Below, in pieces: positions 23,701 to 36,300 of a stretch of DNA of 64,000 nucleotides. Source of the DNA: Octopus vulgaris (taxonomy: Eukaryota). Made by a program: the position numbers and the translations under genes. Where the stretch lies: positions 101,184,001-101,248,000 of the forward strand of contig OX597821.1 in the NCBI GenBank assembly GCA_951406725.2, given 5' to 3'. The notes beneath the pieces are model-generated. The model saw only the letters and a list, made by a program, of their open reading frames with translations. It made no database searches and was not told the origin of the DNA. The stretch's first letter is position 1, and each line of letters starts with the position of its first letter.

Positions 23701-26700
23701 TTTAATTTTACATATTTATTTTATATTATGTTCTACAATTATATATTTTAAAAAATGCATCAAATTGGAAATCTTTATAACTTTAAAGATGAAAATCTGA
23801 CTGATTATATCTAAGAAAAGCAAGATCATGATTTAAAATGGTTTAGGCAAAGGTCAGAAGCATTCTATCATTATCTGAGAATAAATCAATCAGTTCTGTT
23901 GATAATCCATATAAGGTGTAACAAATGTTTCTTCAAAAACTCATAAAATAAAAAAAAAGAAGTGTGTTCCAAAAATATTTATGATGTAACTTATAGCCAA
24001 TCTTAAATCACTATTTGATTTTGTAAAATAGAAAATCAGAGTTGAATGAATATTGATTTTTTTTTTTATAGATATTAAAATTAATATGATGGACTGAATA
24101 AAAAAAAAATGAAATTTTAATACCAAAACCTTACTAGAAAACATAATTTTTTTATAGTTTTCTTCAATGTTTTTACATATCATCTCTAAATAACATATAT
24201 CTCCAAACCATCTTTAGATAGCTTTAGAAAAAAAAAACCTAAAGTCAGTTTACTCAGTTGAGTACAGAGTCTGAAGGCTTCAGTCCTGAGTCCTATCGTT
24301 TTTGAAAGTCTGAAAACTTCAGTCCTATCGTTTTTTGATTTAATTTTTCATATATCTTAAGAAGTACCAGTTGGCCATACAGCAATAAATGGTTACATTT
24401 GAATTAACTTTAGACTGAAGTAAAAAAGGAAAAATAAAGGCATTTGGGTTTTAGTTACAGTTTTATTTCTATTGGGAACTTCTAAACTCTAATGTGTATA
24501 ATCAGCTGGTTTAAAACAATCACCTGGGCTTGGGTGTTGCTTTTAGTGGAGTTCATCATGTTACTAGCATTTAGGACTGGTCGGAGGAAAACCTCTTTCC
24601 ACCAGGGTCTGAAAAAAGTTATAGATGCAGTTCTGCTTCCTTTGGTTAAGCCATTTATATATGTAATAGACAATATTTAATATTTTAAAGATTTGTGTAT
24701 ACACCCCAAAATGTTTTACTTTGATTTTCCAAAAATATTTCATCAATCATATATATACTGTGTCTCACCTATCTCAAATCCATCTTATTATTTCATATAT
24801 ACATATGTAAACATTTTAAGACATTTGGGAAAATAGCAATTAGAGATATATTTTTGAGGGTGGTTTCCATAACAATAATCACTTTATATTTACAATAAAT
24901 AATTTAATTTCTATGCATGTGTAGAACTGTTTGTGATTTTCATGTTAATAATTGTTGCATTTTAAAATTTTTTGTGAATATATTTGTTTTAAAAATGGAA
25001 ATTATAAAGAATTCTTGCTATGGAAAGAACTGATTCTTGGATAAGCTATAAAATACTGTGAAGTTTATTGTTTAAAGACTGTATTACTTCATCAGAAAAA
25101 CTACTTCAAAATTTATTTTGGCTTTATGGAAATTCAAAACTATCAATAGCAGAAATATATATTTTGTTCTCATTGAAATAATTTAAATGGTTTATGATAC
25201 ATATTTTACCTTTTTATTTCACATAAGCATTTTAAGAAGTTAATTTTATTAATTTTGAAATCAATTATTTCTATTATTTACTTAAAAGTCAAGAACATAT
25301 AAGTTCATTTTAAGAAAAGTATTTTGTGCTCTCAATTTCTTGTCATAATTAAAATTTTACAAATTAATCTTGGCATACTAAACTAGTGCAACATTTCCTT
25401 TTTTTTTATTATGGAATGCCAAAAGTACATCGTCTCCTATATTGTACAAGTTTATATTTGAAACAGACATATTTGTTGTCTCTTAATTTGTAAATTAGTG
25501 GAAGTTGTTGCTTTTAATTAAAACTTTATATATATATATTAGTCTGTAGCTTACTGTACAACAACACTAAACAAATTTCAACAGCTTAGAGAGGAATCAA
25601 ATTATATTTGCAACTTTTGTTGACATACACACCTCTAAGCTGAAAATCTATATGGATACTTCAAATCATTCTGCATGAATTAATATAAAATCACCTTTAC
25701 AAGTAATATGAATAGATTTTAATCACTGCCTGATTATGTATGTTGTAAAATGAGCAAAGGACTTTATAGAGGTTATCTTTTCAGCTTTTGTTTATTGATA
25801 ATTTTTTTCAAAACATATAAACAAGGGAATATTTTTCTTCAAATTAACAATCGTACAAAATTGAACACATTTTGTAGTATGAAAAAATAGGTTGTTTTTT
25901 TTGTTTTTGTTTTTTTCTCCCTCCATTTAATTAACAGTTGTCTAACAAATTTATTTTTAAAAAAACATGACAAAATAAAAATAACACAAGTTTCCAGTTA
26001 GTATCAGAAGGAATAACAAAATGTTTAAAGACAATCTGGAAGAGAAATGCCAAATAAGGCAAAATAAATTAAAATAAAATCTCTGATAATGTGGAAGAAA
26101 TAGAATATGATCAAGAAAACATTTTTATAAAAATCTGGTTTTCTTACCTTAACTGGAAACTTATGGAGATATCTGTTTTCGATATGTGTTACTTTAATTT
26201 ATTGGTTTCTGGTAGTAAATGTAATCCCTGATGATAGCCATAGATTTGTCAGAAGTTTTAACCTTTCAGAATTTCTTGAAAATTACTTACTCATTAAACC
26301 ATGTATCTCTTATGATCAATATGCCATTTTCATCAGATACTACATATTTTATTTAGCATTCATTAGTAAATACCTCCCACCTTATCTATAATCATATGCA
26401 CACATAGAATCACACAAAGTAATGTGTTGTCACATAAAAAATATATCTCAATTCATGTCTACAAACAAATGTATGTAACCACTCTGCACAAGTATCTATA
26501 TGTGCACCTAAATGTATATATATGTACTTGTGTGTAGAGATGTTTCATTAGTATTTGTCTGTAGGGCAAAGGTACAAAGGCAGCTTGAATATTAGCTACT
26601 CCCTGGAAATGTTATTTAGTTGTTAATTAGTTCTAGCACCTGCCCCTAACATCATTTGGGGCTTCAAGATGAGGTAAAAATCTGTTCTCCATAATTTTTT

Positions 26701-29648
26701 CTTTGTTTAAAATAATGTGAAATTTACTTGAATGAGCAACTACTTATTTCATCCAACTGCTCAATTTATCACTTCTACAGCATTTCAAATTTTCCGGTTT
26801 TTTTTTTAGCATAGTGACAAGCGCCTTTCAGATAACTTCTAATTGAACAAATGAATACATTTTCCGACCAATATTTTCATTGTATTTGACCTCAACAATA
26901 TATAATTAATTTTAATTATATATTTTTTATCTTTGTGAAAATCTGGCTATAATTCTTTAAATTGCATTTTACATTAAGAATATACCAGAACTCACTTTAA
27001 AAAAATAGCCTCATATTAAATACAAACATTACTATGCAGCAACAGCTTAGAATCTGTTTAATAGAGAATATATTTTGAAATCTAGAAAAAAAATCTAAGT
27101 GTTTTATTTGTAAATGTACTTGATAATTTAAGTTTTCTCCAACTTAAAAAATGTTGGGATACAAGGCAAATTATTCGATTTGACAAAGTAAACTGTTTTG
27201 TTCTGCACTTACCTTGAACTGTAATTTAAATTAGTCTGATTTTAAAACAAATTGGTGGAAAATGGTTTACCAATGTTCAGTTTGTTTTTGGTTGTTTTTT
27301 TTTTATTTTTTTATTTTTTTTATTTTTTTACATTTCATGATAAATATCTAAACATTTTAATTAACAAAATCATGCAAGTAGTGTGTTTATAATGAGCAGC
27401 AAAATGTTAAGTGGATCAGAGTAATTAATTATTGAGGAAATTATTGTGGATTTTACAAAATCCTCTAAATGTCTTAAATTGAAATAAAGCTGACATTTTT
27501 TTTGTTCAACAGTATTTACACAATCTATGATAATGCTCCAAAAAATATTGCATTCTGTTAATATTTCTATTATTATCTTTTAGAAAATATCTATTTGATT
27601 AAAAAGGTTAAAACTATATAATCAATAAAACACAATTTGTGTCATATTTTTCTAGGGTTATGATAACACAAAAGGGTTTGTAAAAAGTAAAATAAATTTC
27701 AGTGAGTTGATTTGCTGTGAGGTGTGAAAAATATTTGCCCTTTTTTTAATATTGAGAAAATAATGAAGCCTTAATCCCATGGTCACAAAATCACAAATAA
27801 GAAATGGAATGAATAATGTAGACACTGGAAATGGGGAGACAGGAAAAAAGAGCCAATGTGTGATGTGGAAGCTGGATGTCATGAGAAAAAGTAAAGTGTG
27901 CAGGAACAGGTGGTCAAAGTTTGTAACAAAAGTAAGGTCAATTGAAATGGGAGATATTGAGGTCTAGTTCAGGTGAGATAGAAAGTAGCAGAGGCAATGG
28001 AACATATAAAAAAAAAAAACAGAGGAAGAGGAGAAAAAGGGAATGAGTTAGCAGTCAGAATTAAAGAAATAAATTTGAGAAAATGAAGCATGTTTAAAAC
28101 AATGAGTTGTCAGAATTATAAAGACAAAAAAATGTCTTGCAAAGGGAGGTAGAAGTGTTTGTACACCACCTTCCACACTACTCACACTTGCTCTTTCTCT
28201 CTCTTTCTCGTTTACGCTATTGTATCAATCCATTGTTATTTCTTTCATTTATCATTCACAATTGGTATTGGGCTTCTTTATTTTCTCTCCCCAAAAATGT
28301 ACGAGTGTCTAAAATACTAAATTTTTCAATTCCCATTGCAAAGCAGCTCACTGAAATTATTCATCTGCAAAGTTTTTTGGATTAAGTTTTGCCAATTAGT
28401 TTTGTCAAATTCTGAATTTTACCTTATTAGAAAAACACAATTTACAAACTTTACCATTCTACTTGATATATACATTTGCTGCCTACAGTCTAATAATCTA
28501 CTTCAATCCCTATTACTCTTTGTATTTACAGCTAAAATGAAGATAATTATAGATCAATATTAATTATGTTTGACATTGTCATGTCTTGAGACTGAAAGTT
28601 ATTAAATGGTTTTACCTGTATTCTAGGCAAGGATTATATAAACAAATTCTCATCCTTACAAGATGAGACTGACAACATAAATAAAAGGTTATTGTATTGG
28701 GAAGTTGCTGCTACTCTTCCCCTTGGGTGTGTATTCTAATGTACATGTTTCGCTAGTTGTCTATTATCAATTTATACAGTCATTATATTTCAAAGAGCAA
28801 ACACTACATAAAATGAGTTGTAAAGTATTAACAGCTCTCATCTTTGTGTGTATCATTCCACACACAAAAAGTACTTTTCAAAACACCACCACATTTGCCT
28901 CATTAATTTTCAGGTTGAAAGTTGTTTGCTTCAAAAAATGTTCCTATTTAGAATGCTAATGTCTAATTGCAAAGCTGATAGGAAAGAATTTTTTTTAATT
29001 TAAGCAGCAAAATTTATAAAAATATTCATGATTTATACAATGAATGTATAAATGACTTTTCTCCAACGATGTATGTTTCGAATGGAAATCAAATCTACTT
29101 TAATATTATTTGTTGATGTTTTTTCAGTTATTGAAGTTAAAAACATAAATTTAAAAGTATAAGTTACTTTCTATTTCACTTTATATTCATACCTTAATAT
29201 AAGCTCAAATCGGTTAAGGAACATATTCAATTTACTATGTTTCGTTATACAGAATTGTTTTCTCTATATAACTGTCTTTATAACCATCCATCTTATAAAC
29301 TCCAGTATAATAGACTGTTAGTGATTGTATTGTTATAAAGACTAAAAAATATTTGACATTCTCATAACTTCAGCAACACATTGCTGCTATTTTTACCACC
29401 ATTAACATGTGCACCAAGAAACTGTCAATTGGAGTACCAGTAATTGGATTGTAGTAAGGTTCTTTCTTCATTTGAATCAAATTACCTCTTGCCAGATTTA
29501 CATTGTTGGCACTTAATCCTATGTTTGGCACCATTGCCATTGTAGGCTGGTATAATTGATACTCTAAATCATCAAAGTCTCATTCCAATGCATGTTTCTT
29601 AGTGTAGCAGATTTATTTCTCTTCTCTTAAAAAGACCTTAAAAAAACT

Positions 29649-30355
29649 TCATAAAACTGTCACTTTTTCTTTATTATCAGAACTGTCTTCATCATCCAGG
29701 ATATCAGATATAAATAAAGGAGCTGATAATGCTGTAATATTTGCCTGGTTAATTATTCCTGAAACAATGCTAAACTGTCGATTAACTTGTTTTTGTCTTC
29801 GTTCTTGTAAATAGTTAATGATGCAAAGCCGCAAAGATTTGATTAGGGATAATACTATGTAAATACCAGGAGTTGTAAAAATAACAAGAAAAGGTACAGT
29901 TGATGACAAATCCCCAGGTCTGCTTGAGAGAGAAAAACGTAAAGCTGCTACTGTTATCAGATTGTTAAAGCTTGAAGTTTCGAGAGAGAGAGCTTCTAAA
30001 ATTGGCCCATCTTGGCGGAATATCAAGCCTAGAAAAAATCCGAGAACCCAACCCGTTACTGGTAATAGAGTACATCCTAATATAATATAAATGTCCAATA
30101 TGTTCCATACATACATATTAATGTAGACACCAAGGGTGATAAATAAAATACACATAAGTAATAGCAATGGTTTTAATAACCAGTTCAATATTGCTTCTGC
30201 CACATTTGGTTTTAAATACTTTGTTAATATCCCTCCTGTATAGGCAACGAAGACTGACACCAACCACACTTCAATGTGGTAAATAGGAATGGTTTTGTGT
30301 GCGTCTAAATGTAAAAAGTACTGTCCTAGTACAAATATCCAAAGAGGAGCTGTCC
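29649..30355 (-). CDS. SLC10-like terminal coding exon 3 (GTAPLWIFVLGQYF...KEKVTVL*)
   Basis: Acceptor ttctgtttcttacag at 30356; phase 1 completes Gly195; in frame with ORF 29649..30269. Several hydrophobic helices and the ET..xN motif; TGA at 29651-29649. Confidence 0.93.
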
Positions 30356-33300
30356 CTGTAAGAAACAGAAGTTATGTTAGTATTGTTTATTGTTATAGAA
30401 TGAAAACTGTAAGCTTTTATTTTATTTTTTAGTAAATCATGGTTTTAATTCAATAATAACTATAAGTCAATTATTTCTAAAGCAAGATTATAAATGAAAA
30501 GTTTGCAAAAATATTTCTTTATAAAATTATAATTTTTGAAGAAAAAAAACTATTATTAGTAAAGTTAACAATGAAACTTGAAGATTAAAAAATGCAAACA
30601 TATATTAATCTATTAAAAAATATTACATTTTTATAACTTCTTACACCTGTAATCAACCATGTTCACATCCTTGTCTGTCTCATATTGACTTCACCAAAAT
30701 GCTGTACATAGGTGGCAGAACAGCACTCTAACAGAAATACCACTACAGTCTCTTTGCCAAAATGGATATTCCTGAATCAATTAACAACTAAGTTCACTGG
30801 TATTTTGTTATTTACCTCTCATTATTTAGTCAGTAGAGGATAAGTGTTGTAATATTTGCAGGTCATCTCAACCTTGATTGATGTGATTAATGTTCAGCTT
30901 GAACATTTAAAGGTTGACATGATCAAGAAAAATATGCGTGGCAAGGTTATTCTAGATGAATGCACTTGTATGAGAAATGATTAGGAAAAGTATTTAGTGT
31001 TGGTTCTGGAAGGTGAGACAATAACATGAGGAGCTATGTCAGATTGGCTTGGGTGAAGGGATAACTAATTTATCAGAGCTGGAGGTTTGTAGTAGTGGTA
31101 CAAGAGTCAGAGAGGAAAAAGGTATCTGTAAGCCAATGTTTGTAGCATCTTTATTAATGAATCTTTGCTAATTAATTGAATGGATTTTGATGGGGACATA
31201 TTATCTATCGTGGCACTCTGTTGGTTACTATTACAAGGGTTCCAGTTAATCCAATCAACAGAACAGCCTGCTCATGAAATTAACGTGCAAGTGGCTGAGC
31301 ACTCCACAGACATGTGTACCCTTAATGTAGTTCACAGGGAGATTCAGCGTGACACAGAGTGTGACAAGGCCCTTTGAAATACAGGTACAACAGAAACAGG
31401 AAGAAAGAGTGAGAGAAAGTTGTGGTGAAAGAATACAGTAGAATTCACCCCCACCCTCACCGGAGCTTCGTGGAGCTTTAGGTGTTTTTGCTCAATAAAC
31501 ACTCACAACGCCCAGTCTGGGAATCGAAACCACAATCCTATGACTGCAAGTCTGCTGTCCTAACCACTGAGTCATTGTGCCTCCACATGTTGTCTATAAT
31601 GTGTATATGTGCATTGGTATGGAGTAAAAGCAGTACACAGTTTTATGCATTAAAGCACAGTACTTTGTCATTCATACTTCTGCACTGCAAAGAATCAACA
31701 AGTAATAAAAACCAAACATTTTTGTTGCCTTGAAGAGGAAGCTTAGATTTTAGAATACTGTTGCATTATACATATAAGGTCGGCATCAGAGATTGTAAAG
31801 TATAACTTTTGTAACAATTTTGGAAACTTCAGTTATGTGATAGAAACTTTGTCTTTCATATTTGCAACAGTTGTCTTGGTGTTGGTGTGGAAATATAGAT
31901 TGAAATGTCGCTATCAAAGTATGTTTTGAGGTTTCTCTTTTCAGTGCTGCTCCAGATATGATGTAGAAGATTAAGAAGGAATGAAGAGTAGTAGTCATCT
32001 GCATGTGTATTGTTAGAAGTAAGAGTGAGTAGGTTAATGAGTGTGGGAGACATAACCAATCTTAGGTTACAGCAATTAGCATACATGTGGTTTTTAGTTA
32101 TATATAAAAATGTTGTGTGAATGAGTCTTTAGTAAATTTCTTTTCTAAACCATCTTAGTTTGTACCTATGGATTACAGAATCTGTTTTCAACAAACCAGT
32201 TATATAGTAAGTTTTCTGGTTAGAATCTCAGTAAAGAAAATAAAATTAAAAGTTGATAAATTTTTATGGTGCTTTTGGGATAAATTTCTCACACCTGTTT
32301 TAGGTGTGAGAATTTATCCCATTATAATTATAAATAAATATATACACAAAAATTTTGTATAAAAGCAATTATAATATATTGTAATCTATAGCTTTTTTTA
32401 AAATTCATATGAATATTGTTTATGCACTCATAATAAGCTAAATTTCATTTTTGAAATTTGAAATGTAAGAAGTTATTGAATCAACTCTAATTTTCTGATA
32501 AGCAGTATAGCCTTAAATATCAATATTGATAAAGCATGTATTCCTTTTAAACTAGTTCAGAATATTTGAACTACAAGAGAAACTTTTTGTTCTTGATGGT
32601 TTTAAATTACTATATTCATATATAATACATACTCATGTATTATGTGCACCAAAATTATGAACAATGAAATCCCAGAAAAACATACCCTATCTATAAGATG
32701 CACTGACTCTTTAAAGTATTATAATTTATGGGGGAAAAAATTATCTGCTTTATTATAACTACTGTTTAAAATATATTGGGAAGTTGACAAATTCAAAACA
32801 AAATAATATAATTTTGAAGGTGACCTTTGAACTTTATCAGTGTAATAGACCATAAAAGTATGCCTACCATAAAGTCAACATTGTGGAAATCACATGACGA
32901 TGTTTCTGTTATATTTGATTTTGATGATATACATAAACAAGAGAAAACTCAATTTTCTATGTGTTGTGACAAAAGAACAAACATTTAAGTATGGATTTCT
33001 CAAAGCCCTCTAATTTTTTTACTATGATTTTTTTTATATAAAATGTTTGTTGGATTCTTCTGCTTTGAACATCAGACATTCAAGATCTGACAATTTTGTT
33101 TTCAACTATGCAATGTATTTCGTTTAGCATATAAAGCAAAAATTATTTAATAGTATAAAAAGAGATATTTTTATATACATTGTATATATTTTTAATGATT
33201 TCTATTATAGCAGGTTATTGAAACACAATATTCCAAGTATATGTTCTTGTAGCAGTAATTATACTCAGGCTGATATGTAGCAGTGTATAGACAAACATAA

Positions 33301-36300
33301 TACATTTCATCCTTTAATTGCTTCTGTTTTAGTTTTACATTTTACTTCTGAATCAATTGTGGAAAGACCCATGATCAATACAATTTTTGATGTGGGAATA
33401 CTTACGAAATATAAAGAACATTTAATGTATTATCACTGTCATAAAATAATGAAACATCATTATGATGATTTAAAATTTTCATTGCACATTACTTAGCTTG
33501 AACAATATAATTTTCTTTCCAACTACATCATCCAGAATAAGGCTATGTATTAACTAGAAAGATGGATAACATTTAGTTCTCATGAATAATGTGCTCCTTT
33601 AATATTTAATTTTTAAAAAGTATGGACAAAATGTATTATAAACTTATATATGATAGTGTATTAGAATTTATACCATATAAAAGTAGCATTGCATTAAAGT
33701 TAAATAGAATTGTAAATAATTTTAAGAGTTAATAGCGAATTAGTATCCTCACCATCATCATCTTCAATCACTTTTCTTTTTTGTTTGAAAAACTGCTCAT
33801 AATTCTCATCAAACCAGAAAGCTACATTTTTCACTGCCATTTACCTGTCAGCATACACATACCATATTGTTTAGTGGCAGTGTCCATTTCTTTTTGTCTT
33901 GTGCATTAATCTCCTTAATTTCCTCCACTTCCTAGTGCTTCTTTATTACTCTACCATTTGAAAATTGGGTTTTATATACATAATAATTTTCACTTGCTTT
34001 TAAATTATGATATTCTATTTCATTCTCATCATATGAATATCATTTTCATCATATGAAATATGTGAATGTCAGTTATATTTTATGTTACTATGTTTTATGT
34101 TATATTCTTAGTCACTATAAATCTACATGAATAGATGTGTCTCTGTTGTTTCATCAATTTCTTCATAAATTCTGTTTTTTATTAATTCTTTCTGTCTCAA
34201 TATTTATTGAAATTGTGATTCATCAAAGTGAAACATTCACAGTCAAGTAAGCTATCTACCTGCTTATAGAGGCTGTGCAGGATCAGTTTGATATTAAATG
34301 CTCATTACATGTCCCCTCAATCAAAAATAGGGTCTATTTGCATTGGAAAGCCTGACTAAAGTGAATGGACTCTACTCGTGAGACAAATTTTGATTCCTGT
34401 TATTGTCACAGGAAACTATTCTTTGCAGAATTGACCAAAATTTGCTACAAGGTGACAAATTAGCTTGATGTTATTGTTGTTATTTAGCCTCACACCATCC
34501 TTGTTAAGCAAATTTATGATCAAAAGCTTTCCAATAAAGATCATCCTGTCCTTTTTCAAGATGGTGAGTGAAATTTGAGGAGGATTTTGCTGCTATTTCT
34601 GTTATGTTGAGCAACTGCATAAAAGTTCTTTGATTGTCTCAGACAGTGCGTAAGTCTCATAATTGATCGTTTGATGGATTTTCTTTTATTTATATTTTTC
34701 TGGGTTTTTTTTAGAACTGTATACCTAACATCTGATTAAATGATATAACTTGATTTTATACTTGCCTTAGATAAGTAATGATTATATTTCGAGATGATTA
34801 TGAACCTTACAAATAGGAATTTATTAAAAAAATATATTGCTATAATCCTCTTGCATGTATCGAGCAAAACAATTATCACCTTAAAAGATATTAAGTAGAA
34901 TATAATTGAAATTATGCTTATCAGTATGTTTTTGTTGTTGTTGGAGGAGGAAATGTGATCCAGTACATTTGTGACAATAATTTAATTGAACGTTTAATGA
35001 TAATCCATCAACTCATTATATCAGATAGTAAAATTTTTTTATTATCTAATTCTCTCTCCATGCTTCTGTTATTTAATATATCAATGCCAGATCAATGAAA
35101 GGTTAGGTTTCTTTTTTTTTTAACACAGAAAAGTAGTCTACTAAATGACTTAGCAGTTACATGGATGATAGTTAAGTTAATTTTAACATTTTTAATAAAA
35201 TGGGCATCAAAGGTCTAAGTCTAATTAGAAATATTCATTCACTAAGGAAAAGACAACATTGGCTCAATAACTAATACCATTTTGGCACATACAAAAGCAA
35301 CTACAGATGTATTTCATTTTTATTAAACCTCCTTAGTAATGTATAGACTTCACCACACTTGCTGAAGTAATGGTAAGAGAATTGCTTGGTTAATATGACA
35401 TATTCTATATATGTGTGAAAAATTATCATGTTTTCCATCTGTGATGTGGTGTAACATCTATAGTTAACTAAATTACAGTGAGGCATAAAATTTGTGAATT
35501 ATAAAAATATGAAATGGAGAAAATACCATTAACCAGTAGTTATGTTGTGAGCACCTCACTCTGTTTATTCTATTTAACCCTTTCGTTACTGTATTTATTA
35601 TGAGATGCTTTCTGTTTCTTTCAATTACTTTAAACATTACAAAGAATTTAGTAAAATAACTTAGTTATCATTTAGCTACTGTTAGGAACATAAATTGTGA
35701 CTAAGGTTTGGTGGAAGATTTTAATTCAAAACTTATGAAAACAAGACATTTGTACTCAGATCCAGAGCCAGTTTCAGCCAGGTTGGTAACGAATGGGTTA
35801 AATTATTGTAAACTTGTTTTATTTGCACAGTATGGCACACATGATGGAGTTTCTTTTGATGGGATATAAGAAAAATTTTGCAAGTGTTTCATATTTATAT
35901 AAAATGAATATTGTGTGTATGTTGAATTTCATCCAATAACAAATTTGTTTTAACTGCTCTTCATCTGTATGTGTCCAATGACTTCATTTGAAATAAATTA
36001 TTACAACTTGTAGACCTTTTCTGCCTTTATTTGTATTAACTATTTAGTTTTAGATAGGATACCTTACATTGATAGGTCTTAATAAGCAGGGGTTTAGAAA
36101 ATTGCAATCTCCAGAATGTTCCATCTGCTGCTAATTCAGATGACTTCATATGAGAAAATGCAAGGGCAGAAAACATTAATATTCTATTCTCATCAAAACA
36201 TGTCAATGTTTCTTTTTTTTAGCAATCCACAGCTGTTTGTGTACCCCATGATATAAACTTAGAGTAATTTTAATGTAAAAATCAAAGAATATGCCTTTCA

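Noticed and set aside
24268-24338. Short direct duplications (also 34021-34057, 56607-56665)
   Set aside because: Two-copy slippage products with no sign of function.
24570-24608. PGGKR in one minus frame as a GnRH-like amidated neuropeptide
   Set aside because: The frame stops six codons after KR and there is no recognisable mature peptide or signal-peptide exon.
26897-26924. 13-bp-arm palindrome
   Set aside because: A/T only; expected by chance at this composition.
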